Positions 28,634 through 36,943 of a stretch of 64,000 bases of DNA are shown here, one piece after another. Both the position numbers and the translations under genes were made by a program. Under the pieces are notes generated by a model. That model saw nothing but the letters and a program-made list of their open reading frames with translations. It did not search any database and was not told the DNA's origin. The stretch is taken from IMG/VR virus record IMGVR_UViG_3300042868_003730, positions 32,001-96,000 of that record. One strand, written 5' to 3'. Position 1 is the first letter of the stretch. Each line of letters begins with the position of its first letter. The DNA comes from a virus.

Positions 28634-29175
28634 GAAAAATCGTAGCAGTTGGTGGTCAACCAGGAACAGGTAAAACTACTCTATTCCGTAAATTTATGGA
28701 AGATAAAACCTGGGAGAAGGTTGAGCCAAAGAAAATGCTTCCTGCTCTTTACTGCAAGGAACTTGATCTTTATGTTCTGGGTAAGTATGAAGAGGGTGAG
28801 ACGTTTGCTGGTACTGACCGATTAAGTATGGCTGTGCAGCCAATCGCTCAGTGTTTTGTTACTGAGACTAAATCGAATGTCTTGTTTGAAGGTGATCGAA
28901 TCTTTAATCAGTCCTTTCTGGAATTCGCTATGGCTCTTCCGGAAGTTGATCTTCAGGTTATCTATCTTAAGGTTTCGCCAGAAACCCTGACTCAACGATA
29001 CGCCGATAGAGGATCAGATCAGTCAGAGACTTTCCTAAAGGGAAGAGCCACTAAATATAATAACATACTTTCAAATTTTGAATTGATGCCCTATATTAAT
29101 GAGTTCGTGAACACTACATTAGAAGATCAATTGAAAGTTATCAAATTTATGGAAAATCATTTAATAGGTAAATAA
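28630..29175 (+). CDS. P-loop kinase, probable 5-hydroxymethyl-pyrimidine DNA kinase
   Basis: GGQPGTGKTT, GTDRLSM, LFEGDR; adjacent to the aGPT-PPlase2 gene. Confidence 0.8.
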   Translation: MRKIVAVGGQPGTGKTTLFRKFMEDKTWEKVEPKKMLPALYCKELDLYVLGKYEEGETFAGTDRLSMAVQPIAQCFVTETKSNVLFEGDRIFNQSFLEFAMALPEVDLQVIYLKVSPETLTQRYADRGSDQSETFLKGRATKYNNILSNFELMPYINEFVNTTLEDQLKVIKFMENHLIGK

Positions 29176-30267
29176 ATGCTTTCGCTAAAACAATATATAT
29201 CCGAGACAGAAAATAAAATGGCAGCATCTATCAAAAAGAAATTACTGACTCCGTCAAAGTTTGGCTTAAACACAATGAAGCCCATGACTTCGAGTCAAAT
29301 AGTGACTGTTGCCAGAAAGAGATTAATGTCGTTGGATATATCAGATGATGCTAAAAAATTATGTAATTATATAATTGATCAATCCATTGCTGGTAAAGAT
29401 AGTTTCCCTGCAAAATTTAGTGGTGTTTCTAATGAAGATCTTGGTGTTATAACTTCTGACTTCGGTGAGGTTGCTGGCGCCATTTACATGCTAAACTCCA
29501 AAATGGGTTACACTCATGCTAGATTTCCAATTGGAGAGAATGAGCGTCTCGTAGATTACTATCTTGTTAGGGATGGTATTGATGAGAAGATTTCTGCTAA
29601 AGCAGGTCAGGGTGGTGCACCTGCTCTTACTGCTGTAGAGAAAGCATTAGGAGATATTGACACCAAAATACTAAACGATACACAAAAGAAAGCATTAAGT
29701 GTCTTGGACTTTATCAATAAGGGTACTGTTTACGGTGGTGTTCTTGAAGCAGCTAAATTTCTTAAGATGCCTGGGTATAAGGCATTGATATCGATCTTGT
29801 CCAGAAAAGATTTGAAGACTGGTTATAATGCACCAAACATCCCTGACCAACAAGATCTTATCAGAGCTGTTGACGCATGCGGAACTTTTGACTCTTGCAT
29901 GAGTGAGTTCAAGCCTCTGTTCACTGCTGCCAATTTTGTATTAGGTGGTGAGGGTAAGATGAGATCTGTTTTTGATGGAAGCGCAGGATCTAGATATAAG
30001 AAATGGGGCATCCTACACTTTCCAGTTACTAGTGAAGTTATGGGGTGGTTAAATGATCCCGACAATGAAGCAAGAAATTTGTTGACCATGGCTGCTAGAA
30101 CTCTGACAGTTAGTCAGGTTTATTTTGACTATAAATCGAACAATTTTTCATATACAACGAAAACCTTTTCTGACGCTGACTTCAAATTCCATTCTCCGTC
30201 AAGTACACCAAACCCAGTGGGAAACAGAATTGGCATGAAAATGATCAAATCGCCGAAGAAAGAATAA
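29176..30267 (+). CDS. hypothetical protein, possible PD-(D/E)XK-like fold
   Basis: MLSLKQYISE N-terminus; DFGE...LVDY...ISAK. Confidence 0.5.
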   Translation: MLSLKQYISETENKMAASIKKKLLTPSKFGLNTMKPMTSSQIVTVARKRLMSLDISDDAKKLCNYIIDQSIAGKDSFPAKFSGVSNEDLGVITSDFGEVAGAIYMLNSKMGYTHARFPIGENERLVDYYLVRDGIDEKISAKAGQGGAPALTAVEKALGDIDTKILNDTQKKALSVLDFINKGTVYGGVLEAAKFLKMPGYKALISILSRKDLKTGYNAPNIPDQQDLIRAVDACGTFDSCMSEFKPLFTAANFVLGGEGKMRSVFDGSAGSRYKKWGILHFPVTSEVMGWLNDPDNEARNLLTMAARTLTVSQVYFDYKSNNFSYTTKTFSDADFKFHSPSSTPNPVGNRIGMKMIKSPKKE

Positions 30268-30296
30268 TTTACTTTTATTCAATTTCGCGGTATAAT
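30268..30296 (+). promoter_or_regulatory. early sigma70-type promoter
   Basis: TTTACT-17bp-TATAAT repeat copy. Confidence 0.85.
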
Positions 30297-30325
30297 AACT
30301 TATTGAAGTTTGAAGGAGAAATGAA

Positions 30326-30439
30326 ATGTCCCGTCGCCAATATTGCATGGATCTTATTATTGCTCTTAACCAAGCCAAGGCAGCTGGCGATTTCGTCCGA
30401 GCTGACTACCTTCAACTTTGCATCAATGAGTTGACCTAA
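30326..30439 (+). CDS. 37-aa early peptide
   Basis: AAGGAG SD; MSRRQYCMDLIIALNQAKAAGDFVRADYLQLCINELT; stop overlaps the next ATG. Confidence 0.6.
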   Translation: MSRRQYCMDLIIALNQAKAAGDFVRADYLQLCINELT

Positions 30440-30693
30440 TGTGGGATAATAAAAAACCACTCAAGGTATTTGGTGTGACTCCCTTGGAGTACCAAATCCT
30501 CACTGTTCTGTACACCATGGATACTGAGGAAGAAATTGAGATCTTCAAGAACAATTTCACTGAACCAGAAAACCGACTCCTCGTAGATCAACTAAAAGTA
30601 GAACTGATCCTCGCTGCGCAGGAAGCATCCTGTCCTGAGATCACCGATGAATACGTTTCGCATATCCTCACTAAGTACAGACTTCCGGTATAG
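30439..30693 (+). CDS. hypothetical protein
   Basis: TAATG coupling. Confidence 0.6.
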   Translation: MWDNKKPLKVFGVTPLEYQILTVLYTMDTEEEIEIFKNNFTEPENRLLVDQLKVELILAAQEASCPEITDEYVSHILTKYRLPV

Positions 30694-30694
30694 G

Positions 30695-30723
30695 TTTACT
30701 TTTATTCAATTTCGAGGTATAAT
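30695..30723 (+). promoter_or_regulatory. early sigma70-type promoter
   Basis: TTTACT-17bp-TATAAT repeat copy. Confidence 0.85.
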
Positions 30724-30750
30724 AACTTATCGAATTGAAAAGGAAAGAAA

Positions 30751-31053
30751 ATGTTTTACGAAGAGATGACCAAAGCCGAAGAACTCCACGGTATCTGGAG
30801 CGACTTCCATAAGGATTATTATGGCTTCCGCCCACGTGGCTATTCTGCTGAACAGTTGCAAGATGAAGCCTGGCTGCAGGAACGCATTGACGAAATCCAT
30901 GCGAGCATTGATCGTCAAAAGGAAACTTTCGCTGGTCGTGAGAATCTCCGCGAACAGGGTTGGTATATCGAAGAAACAGATCCGGTCTATATCCAGAAAG
31001 CCAAGTGGCTGCAGGAAGAACGCGACCGTGAAGAAGCTGAATGGATGAAGTAA
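30751..31053 (+). CDS. early hypothetical protein
   Basis: SDFHKDYYGFRPR motif seen in phage early proteins. Confidence 0.7.
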   Translation: MFYEEMTKAEELHGIWSDFHKDYYGFRPRGYSAEQLQDEAWLQERIDEIHASIDRQKETFAGRENLREQGWYIEETDPVYIQKAKWLQEERDREEAEWMK

Positions 31054-31238
31054 TGGCAACAGAAAGTAAAGAATACCAACAAGGCTATATGGATGGTCTT
31101 GATGGACTTCCATATAAGAATCGTTATCCCGCAGATAGTGTTCAGGGACGAGCATTCCACGCTGGGTGGTTTGCTGGTAATCTAGTTAACAATCGCCGAC
31201 AGTCTGGCGTTCTTCCAGGTGGAAATTTGAATGGCTGA
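31053..31238 (+). CDS. hypothetical protein
   Basis: YQQGYMDG...NRY...GWFAG. Confidence 0.55.
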   Translation: MATESKEYQQGYMDGLDGLPYKNRYPADSVQGRAFHAGWFAGNLVNNRRQSGVLPGGNLNG

Positions 31239-31641
31239 TATTATTTGTAATCGGATTCGCACCCCAGATGGTACGATCATTGAAAGCAAGAATCGTCATG
31301 ATTATGTATCTCACAAAGATGCCAATGGTCATACCTACGCAGTTGATGGTGGTAAGGATTACCTAAAGCGATCATCTTCAATTGATGCTCCACCAGCTGA
31401 GGAACTCTCTGTGTACTCAGACGATGAGCACTCAGTTATCCGTGAGGTAATGTCCTGGGGAACCTACGGAAAGGAAGGTAAAGATCCGTTCCATTATGTG
31501 CCTCTGAAGGATATGACCTCGGAACATATCCTTGCTTGTCTGAAGAATGTTCCGAATATGCACCCGTCATATAGGGATTCCTTCAAGAGAGAATTGGAAT
31601 TTCGTTTGAATCTACCAGAGATTGACATTACTTTTAATTGA
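31231..31641 (+). CDS. conserved phage hypothetical protein
   Basis: IESKNRHDYV...AVDGGKDYLKR, WGTYGK. Confidence 0.7.
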   Translation: MADIICNRIRTPDGTIIESKNRHDYVSHKDANGHTYAVDGGKDYLKRSSSIDAPPAEELSVYSDDEHSVIREVMSWGTYGKEGKDPFHYVPLKDMTSEHILACLKNVPNMHPSYRDSFKRELEFRLNLPEIDITFN

Positions 31642-31655
31642 TTATCAGGTATAAT
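31627..31655 (+). promoter_or_regulatory. early sigma70-type promoter
   Basis: ATTACT-17bp-TATAAT, 5 nt before ATG31661. Confidence 0.65.
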
Positions 31656-31660
31656 ATACT

Positions 31661-31993
31661 ATGGATAAGGTTTACAACGAAGAAGGTAAGGTCGCGGTTC
31701 TCTACTCGCCAGGGTATGGGGCTGGTTGGTCTACTTGGGCGCACGATGATTCAGTTCGTCTGAAGGCTCTATTTGATCCCGAAGTGGTTCAGTGGGTTCT
31801 GGATGGAAAGCCAGAAGGAAAGTTCACTGATGATGACTACTTTGACCAGAAGTATGGTGGATATATCTACACTGGAGGTATGTACGACTTGGTAATTGAA
31901 TGGGTAACTCCTGGTACAAAGTTTCGCATCCGTGAACAAGATGGTAATGAGTGGCTGGAATTTATTGATAACATTGAATGGATTTATGCTTAA
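31661..31993 (+). CDS. conserved phage hypothetical protein
   Basis: VAVLYSPGYGAGWSTW...FRIREQDGNE. Confidence 0.7.
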   Translation: MDKVYNEEGKVAVLYSPGYGAGWSTWAHDDSVRLKALFDPEVVQWVLDGKPEGKFTDDDYFDQKYGGYIYTGGMYDLVIEWVTPGTKFRIREQDGNEWLEFIDNIEWIYA

Positions 31994-31994
31994 T

Positions 31995-32255
31995 ATGAAT
32001 GACACAAACCGACTTGAACAAGATATTCTCAATTATTGCAAAGAACGCAATATGGAGAAGGTCGATGTTATCCGAGCTGATCTTATTCAGCAGCGATCGA
32101 AACTTGACTTCTTTATGAGCAAGTTCATTGACAAGTATGGCTCTAAGTTGGATGAGAAGCGCAATGACTCATACAACCGATTCTACACTGACAAGAGCAA
32201 TGAATATTCCGGTATTAATCGTCTACTTCGAGTAATTGATGCATACAGCAAATAA
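31995..32255 (+). CDS. hypothetical protein
   Basis: ORF filling the gap before gp33; start uncertain. Confidence 0.55.
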   Translation: MNDTNRLEQDILNYCKERNMEKVDVIRADLIQQRSKLDFFMSKFIDKYGSKLDEKRNDSYNRFYTDKSNEYSGINRLLRVIDAYSK

Positions 32256-32538
32256 TTTTTCAATCTTTGATCAGGAAATGCTGTTGAATATTGATATCGA
32301 TAGCGCAAGTAATTTCCTGTTCCGTAACTCCTCGGAGTTCAGTCAATTCGTGGAACTAACCTCGATTCGTGAGGGACGTAGTTGTACTAGTATTATTCTT
32401 GCCTACTGTGAGGATAAGGATCTAGACCCCGAAGACATCTCTAAATTGATATCAAAGCCACTTCGTGAGAAGTTGATGATCGAGATGCAAGAGGATGGCT
32501 TGTTACCACGGAGCACTGCTACTTTAGAATTTGAATGA
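32239..32538 (+). CDS. 33: late transcription coactivator gp33
   Basis: FSQFVE, ILAYCE, LISKPLREKL..E, C-terminal TLEFE; 33-59-32 synteny. Confidence 0.8.
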   Translation: MHTANNFSIFDQEMLLNIDIDSASNFLFRNSSEFSQFVELTSIREGRSCTSIILAYCEDKDLDPEDISKLISKPLREKLMIEMQEDGLLPRSTATLEFE

Positions 32539-33095
32539 TGGATGCGTTTCAAGTATACAAGTTATACCAGGCTGTCAGGTTACACTTCTCTAATGAGAAG
32601 TATGACATTATTGTACACCGTGGTAAAATGAAACATTGTTCAGAATCGGCATTCTATGAGAAGCCAGGAAGTAGGAAGTTCCATTTCTTATCTAAGCAAT
32701 TGGCTGACCCACAACAGGCAGTACAGTTCTTCATTTCCTGCTTCGCATATGATGCAGATGTATTTGATTCAACGTCAGCTGACGCAGCATTCTTTCTTTG
32801 GAAGAAGAATAAAGAAATGCTAACTCAGTTGATTCTTGATGATATTGAGCAGATTGGTGATATTACTTCTGCCTTATCTGGCGATCCCTGCAAACTACAA
32901 CAATTGGTTGCTGGTGGTCATGTTAATATCGAAACTGCAGTTGCCTTAAATAAGTTTCTGAATTATTCTTCCTCTTGGAAAAATAATTTTGCATATAAGG
33001 GATTAGCAGGTAAAATTGAAAAGTTAAATGCTTTCGTTAAATTCAATGAGTCAAAAGTAAATGAAGTTCTCCAACATGAACAACAATTCGCGTAA
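32535..33095 (+). CDS. 59: helicase loader gp59
   Basis: FQVYKLYQAVRLHF..KYD, NIETAV. Confidence 0.85.
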   Translation: MMDAFQVYKLYQAVRLHFSNEKYDIIVHRGKMKHCSESAFYEKPGSRKFHFLSKQLADPQQAVQFFISCFAYDADVFDSTSADAAFFLWKKNKEMLTQLILDDIEQIGDITSALSGDPCKLQQLVAGGHVNIETAVALNKFLNYSSSWKNNFAYKGLAGKIEKLNAFVKFNESKVNEVLQHEQQFA

Positions 33096-33270
33096 CAAGT
33101 TCCAAAAATATGAATCTGCTTTCGATAGGAAAGCAAAGAAGGCTGAACAACTTCGGTTTCGAAACACTCGCGAAAGAATGGAACTAAATAGCAGGTCAGA
33201 AGATGATTACGATCCATATTTTGTAATTGGACACGATGATATCGATGATGAGAAAGAGAATCTGGAGTAA
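33076..33270 (+). CDS. small hypothetical protein
   Basis: Basic then acidic ORF between 59 and 32. Confidence 0.5.
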   Translation: MNNNSRNKFQKYESAFDRKAKKAEQLRFRNTRERMELNSRSEDDYDPYFVIGHDDIDDEKENLE

Positions 33271-33320
33271 ATCTCCATTAACCACAGGGGTAAATCCCCT
33301 TCAAAAGGAAAGAGGACACT

Positions 33321-34232
33321 ATGTCTATTAGTATTGCAGATCTACGTAAGGCTCGGTCAACTGATTTTGGTGCTATCTCCAAGGCACTTACAAAAACGAC
33401 TGAGGGTAAGTCTGATGATGGCGACTTCTTCAAACTGGAGAAAGACAAGGCTGGCAATGCCTCGGCTGTTATTCGTTTCTTGCCAAAGCACCCAGATGAT
33501 GAACTTCCTTGGGTGACTGTCTATAATCATGCCTTCCAAGGTCCATCGGGTCGCTGGTTCATTGAGAACAGTCGGACGACTATCAATGATGCCGATCCTA
33601 TCTCTGAAGCCAATCGTGCTCTCTGGGCAACGGGTAGTGAAAAGGACAAGGATCTTGCTCGCAAGCAAAAGCGCAAGACGAACTATATTACCAATGTTCT
33701 GGTTATCAGTGATCCAAAGAATCCTGATAACGAAGGCAAGGTAATGCGTTTCAAGTTCGGCAAGAAAATCTTTGAGAAGATCATGGATAAGGCGAAGCCG
33801 ACGTTTGAAGATGAGAAGCCAGTGAATGTGTTTGATGCATTCGAAGGTGCAGAGTTCAAACTTCGTATGCGTCAGGTTGATGGCTATCCAAACTATGATA
33901 CCTCTATCTTCAGCGAACCAAAGCCTATCGCTGAGTCAGATGAGGAAATCGTAGCAGTTGTCAATCAGATGAAGAGCCTGAAGGAGTTCGTTGATCCGAA
34001 GAACTTCAAGAGCTACGATGAACTGAAGCGTAAGTTCGAGTCCGTTATGTCAGGCAGTGTTGCTTCTAGTGCGAAAGCCGAAGCAGTTGCTGAGCGTATG
34101 CGGGAAGAGCCAGCTCCAGTGGCACAGAAACCTGTTGGTAAGGTTGCTGAGGCAAAGTCAACTACCAAGCCAGCTTGGGAAGAGGATGATGACCAATCGG
34201 TAGAGGATTACTTTAAGAGCATCGCTAACTAA
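33321..34232 (+). CDS. 32: single-stranded DNA-binding protein gp32
   Basis: DKAGNASAVIRFLP, HAFQGP.GRWFIENS, FGKKIF, NYD.S, acidic tail. Confidence 0.95.
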   Translation: MSISIADLRKARSTDFGAISKALTKTTEGKSDDGDFFKLEKDKAGNASAVIRFLPKHPDDELPWVTVYNHAFQGPSGRWFIENSRTTINDADPISEANRALWATGSEKDKDLARKQKRKTNYITNVLVISDPKNPDNEGKVMRFKFGKKIFEKIMDKAKPTFEDEKPVNVFDAFEGAEFKLRMRQVDGYPNYDTSIFSEPKPIAESDEEIVAVVNQMKSLKEFVDPKNFKSYDELKRKFESVMSGSVASSAKAEAVAERMREEPAPVAQKPVGKVAEAKSTTKPAWEEDDDQSVEDYFKSIAN

Positions 34233-34244
34233 AGTAGTTCATCC

Positions 34245-34275
34245 AAAAGAAAGGCAGCTTCGGCTGCCTTTTCTT
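34245..34275. terminator. bidirectional intrinsic terminator with UUCG loop
   Basis: AAAGGCAGC-TTCG-GCTGCCTTT between convergent genes. Confidence 0.9.
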
Positions 34276-36053
34276 CATCCAACCAAATAACGAGATAGTC
34301 TGTTATTGTATGAGACTTCTGGATTCCTGATCGGAGTTTTTACTGACCCAGAAGATCCTTTATTGTTATTGATAATAGTCGTCGGAGAATTATTCAAAAG
34401 AGTCGGAGCAGCTGGCTCTTCTTTCTTATTATTCATCGTCTGGAGATCGTCAGTACTCGCTGCTAATGCACCAGTCTGCGAAACTCTATTTGGCATCGAT
34501 GGTTTCTCAGCATCAGGACCAGCACCAAACAATGAAGCAATTCCCTTTGATGCAGTATCCTTACCAAGTAATCCGAAGGTAAGCCCAGAAGCCGCACTAC
34601 CAGCAGCGGAGGATAGTTTCTCACCAAGAGTTGCATCTCTGCCCTCGATGCCTAGATTTTCACCTGCCTCATTAAAGCCAGAGTATGCATCATAAGCAGC
34701 CATACCTGCCATTGCAAGTGGACCTGCCTTTCCAAGAGCACCCTTTAGGAATCCACCTGCTTTACCAAGACCACCAAGTGCTTTACTTGCCATTCCTGGT
34801 GCCTTCGCAGCACCACCAGCTATAGCCTTACCTGCGCCGAGGACTGGTGCAGCCAGTTTCGCTGCACCACCAAGTAATTTCCCACCAATTCCTGATAAGG
34901 CACCCATCAGCATTCCAGGAAGTCCTTTGAGCAAACTTCCGAAATTACCGAACATATCCATGATGGACTTCAACCATCCACCACCTTCTGCTTCTTTCTT
35001 CTTATCTTCTTTCGGGTCTTGAATCGAAGTAAGCATATTGTCTTTATTCTTAGACTCTAACTTATCTTCTTCTGAAGCAGTGCTTGCTCGAACGAGAGCA
35101 ACCAATTGATCAAGTTGTTTCTCATTAATCTCTGTCAGACTTCCAAGTGCACCTTCAAATACACCCTTTAGGTATTCTGGATCAGCTGTGTTTAATGCTT
35201 TCTTTTCTTCAGGCGATAGAACAGAGATCTCTGACTTAACACCCTCTGCAACTCCAGCAAGAAGATCCTCTGTTTTCTTGCTACCCATTGGCTTCTCGCC
35301 AGCTGAGAAATCAGTTGCTTCTTTCTTGAGATTCTGAGCAGAAACCAGTCTGGCGGTGTCTTCTTCTGAGAGACTACCACCGAATGACTTGGCTTCTTTC
35401 TGCTTTGCTTCTAACTCAGCGATTATTGGATCAGCCTTGGCGATATCTTTATATCTGCGTTCACCTTCAGCTGTAACTCTTTTCATCCCATCCGCATCAC
35501 CTGGTTTACCTCGTAGCTCTCTTCCCTTTTCAGTGAACTCACCGAAGTTAGCAATAAACTCAGCCTTCTTTGCTTTCTTTTCTTTTCTCTGAAGTATAGA
35601 ACCTAGAACAGCACCCTTCAGTGAACCATCATCTCGACCAATACCAGCCATTCCAGCCACACCCTCTAGGCTAAAAGCCTTCTTTACACTGGCAACTTTT
35701 CCTTGAACATATCCAGCAAGACCCTTCTTCTTTTCTTCCTGCTGCCTTTTGTAACCAAACTGCATTGTCTTGGTCAATTCAGAAACTGCTTTGAGTAGTT
35801 TCTTATCTACATCGATAGCATCCTGCTGGACGTCATTCGATTCTTCCATAAGTTTCGCAGAAGCGGAACTATTATCTCTCTCAACTGATGCTTTCGCGGA
35901 AGATGTTGACGACTGTACTGGCTGAGTAACTTCTGGTTGTTGAATAACTTCAGGTGCGGCTTGTTCCTCGGCATTTCTATTATAATTTGCCTGCACTACG
36001 CGCTGACTAAGTTTCATCTTAGTCGCTTTCGTTTTTTGTCTTACCTTAGCCAT
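34275..36053 (-). CDS. tail tape measure / baseplate hub length determinant (gp29-like)
   Basis: Helical Ala/Gly/Lys-rich, 592 aa, follows gp26/gp51, C-terminal NNSPTTIINN...PIRN. Confidence 0.6.
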   Translation of the reverse strand: MAKVRQKTKATKMKLSQRVVQANYNRNAEEQAAPEVIQQPEVTQPVQSSTSSAKASVERDNSSASAKLMEESNDVQQDAIDVDKKLLKAVSELTKTMQFGYKRQQEEKKKGLAGYVQGKVASVKKAFSLEGVAGMAGIGRDDGSLKGAVLGSILQRKEKKAKKAEFIANFGEFTEKGRELRGKPGDADGMKRVTAEGERRYKDIAKADPIIAELEAKQKEAKSFGGSLSEEDTARLVSAQNLKKEATDFSAGEKPMGSKKTEDLLAGVAEGVKSEISVLSPEEKKALNTADPEYLKGVFEGALGSLTEINEKQLDQLVALVRASTASEEDKLESKNKDNMLTSIQDPKEDKKKEAEGGGWLKSIMDMFGNFGSLLKGLPGMLMGALSGIGGKLLGGAAKLAAPVLGAGKAIAGGAAKAPGMASKALGGLGKAGGFLKGALGKAGPLAMAGMAAYDAYSGFNEAGENLGIEGRDATLGEKLSSAAGSAASGLTFGLLGKDTASKGIASLFGAGPDAEKPSMPNRVSQTGALAASTDDLQTMNNKKEEPAAPTLLNNSPTTIINNNKGSSGSVKTPIRNPEVSYNNRLSRYLVG

Positions 36054-36056
36054 ATG

Positions 36057-36236
36057 TTACCCTTGTTGTTTCTGAGACTTTTGTTTTTCTATTAGCGTGT
36101 TAAGCATCTGAATATAAATCTCTCGCTCATAAGGAAGCATATTGTCAATTTCAGTTAGTGAGTATTTGTGTATTTGCACTAACTGAAAGTTTGTGTCATA
36201 ATGATTGAATAGCGTCTCGTGGGAGAGATTTATTAA
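36057..36236 (-). CDS. 51: gp51-like baseplate hub assembly segment, in the -1 frame of gp26
   Basis: SHETLFNHYDTNFQLVQIHKYSLTEIDNMLPYEREIY; missed by the track; no canonical start ahead of the conserved part. Confidence 0.8.
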   Translation of the reverse strand, partial: LINLSHETLFNHYDTNFQLVQIHKYSLTEIDNMLPYEREIYIQMLNTLIEKQKSQKQQG

Positions 36237-36943
36237 AAAAAATTGTTCAGACCCTTTACGTGTTTATTATGTTCTACTTTACAAACTGGACAGGTATACT
36301 TTACTGCAATCCTAACAAGTGGCATTGTCTCGAAGAAATCCTCGAGCATCTTGTTCTGTTTGCTAGTCAAACTATCCATGAATGCTTTTAGTTCAGATTC
36401 AGTTTCTTCAGCAACATGGTATACGTCATCTTCGACATAAATAGTTTCCATCGCTGCCAAGACTGCTTTCTGCTTAGCATCTTCCTCAGTTGAATTCTGA
36501 ATCTCAATCAATTCATCCATTGTCGGATATTTCATCAGAACAGTGATTGTATCAGATAGTTTGACCTTATTGCTATGCTCTTCAGGAGTAAACACTTCAA
36601 CTGTTCGTAAGTCAATCTGGATCTTTGCTTTGGCTTCTGGATCCTCACAGGTATCACAGCGGAATACTAACTCGCTGAACTCACCAACGGACTTTGATCG
36701 AATAAAGGTAAACAGATACTCAAGATCGAAACTCGTCATATTCTCAACAAGTTCAGATGGCTCGATACAGTTCTCAACTACTTGTTTCAAAGTAGTCAAC
36801 ATCACTGCTAGGTCTTCTGACTCTTGAGCAGCTAACAGAGCACGTTCTTCTTTTACTCGGAATGGACGATACTTTGCTTTCTTCTTTGTTGATGGAATAG
36901 TAATCGGGTATAGTGGGGTTGGGTTAACTTCAGATAATCTCAT
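36233..36943 (-). CDS. 26: baseplate hub assembly protein gp26-like
   Basis: YRPFRVKEER, FDLEYLF..IRSKSVGE, MKYPT, CPVC, GLNNFF. Confidence 0.88.
   Translation of the reverse strand: MRLSEVNPTPLYPITIPSTKKKAKYRPFRVKEERALLAAQESEDLAVMLTTLKQVVENCIEPSELVENMTSFDLEYLFTFIRSKSVGEFSELVFRCDTCEDPEAKAKIQIDLRTVEVFTPEEHSNKVKLSDTITVLMKYPTMDELIEIQNSTEEDAKQKAVLAAMETIYVEDDVYHVAEETESELKAFMDSLTSKQNKMLEDFFETMPLVRIAVKYTCPVCKVEHNKHVKGLNNFF

Noticed and set aside
36057-36236. gp51 as a pseudogene
   Set aside because: The frame is intact and conserved-looking in an essential module; a programmed frameshift fits better
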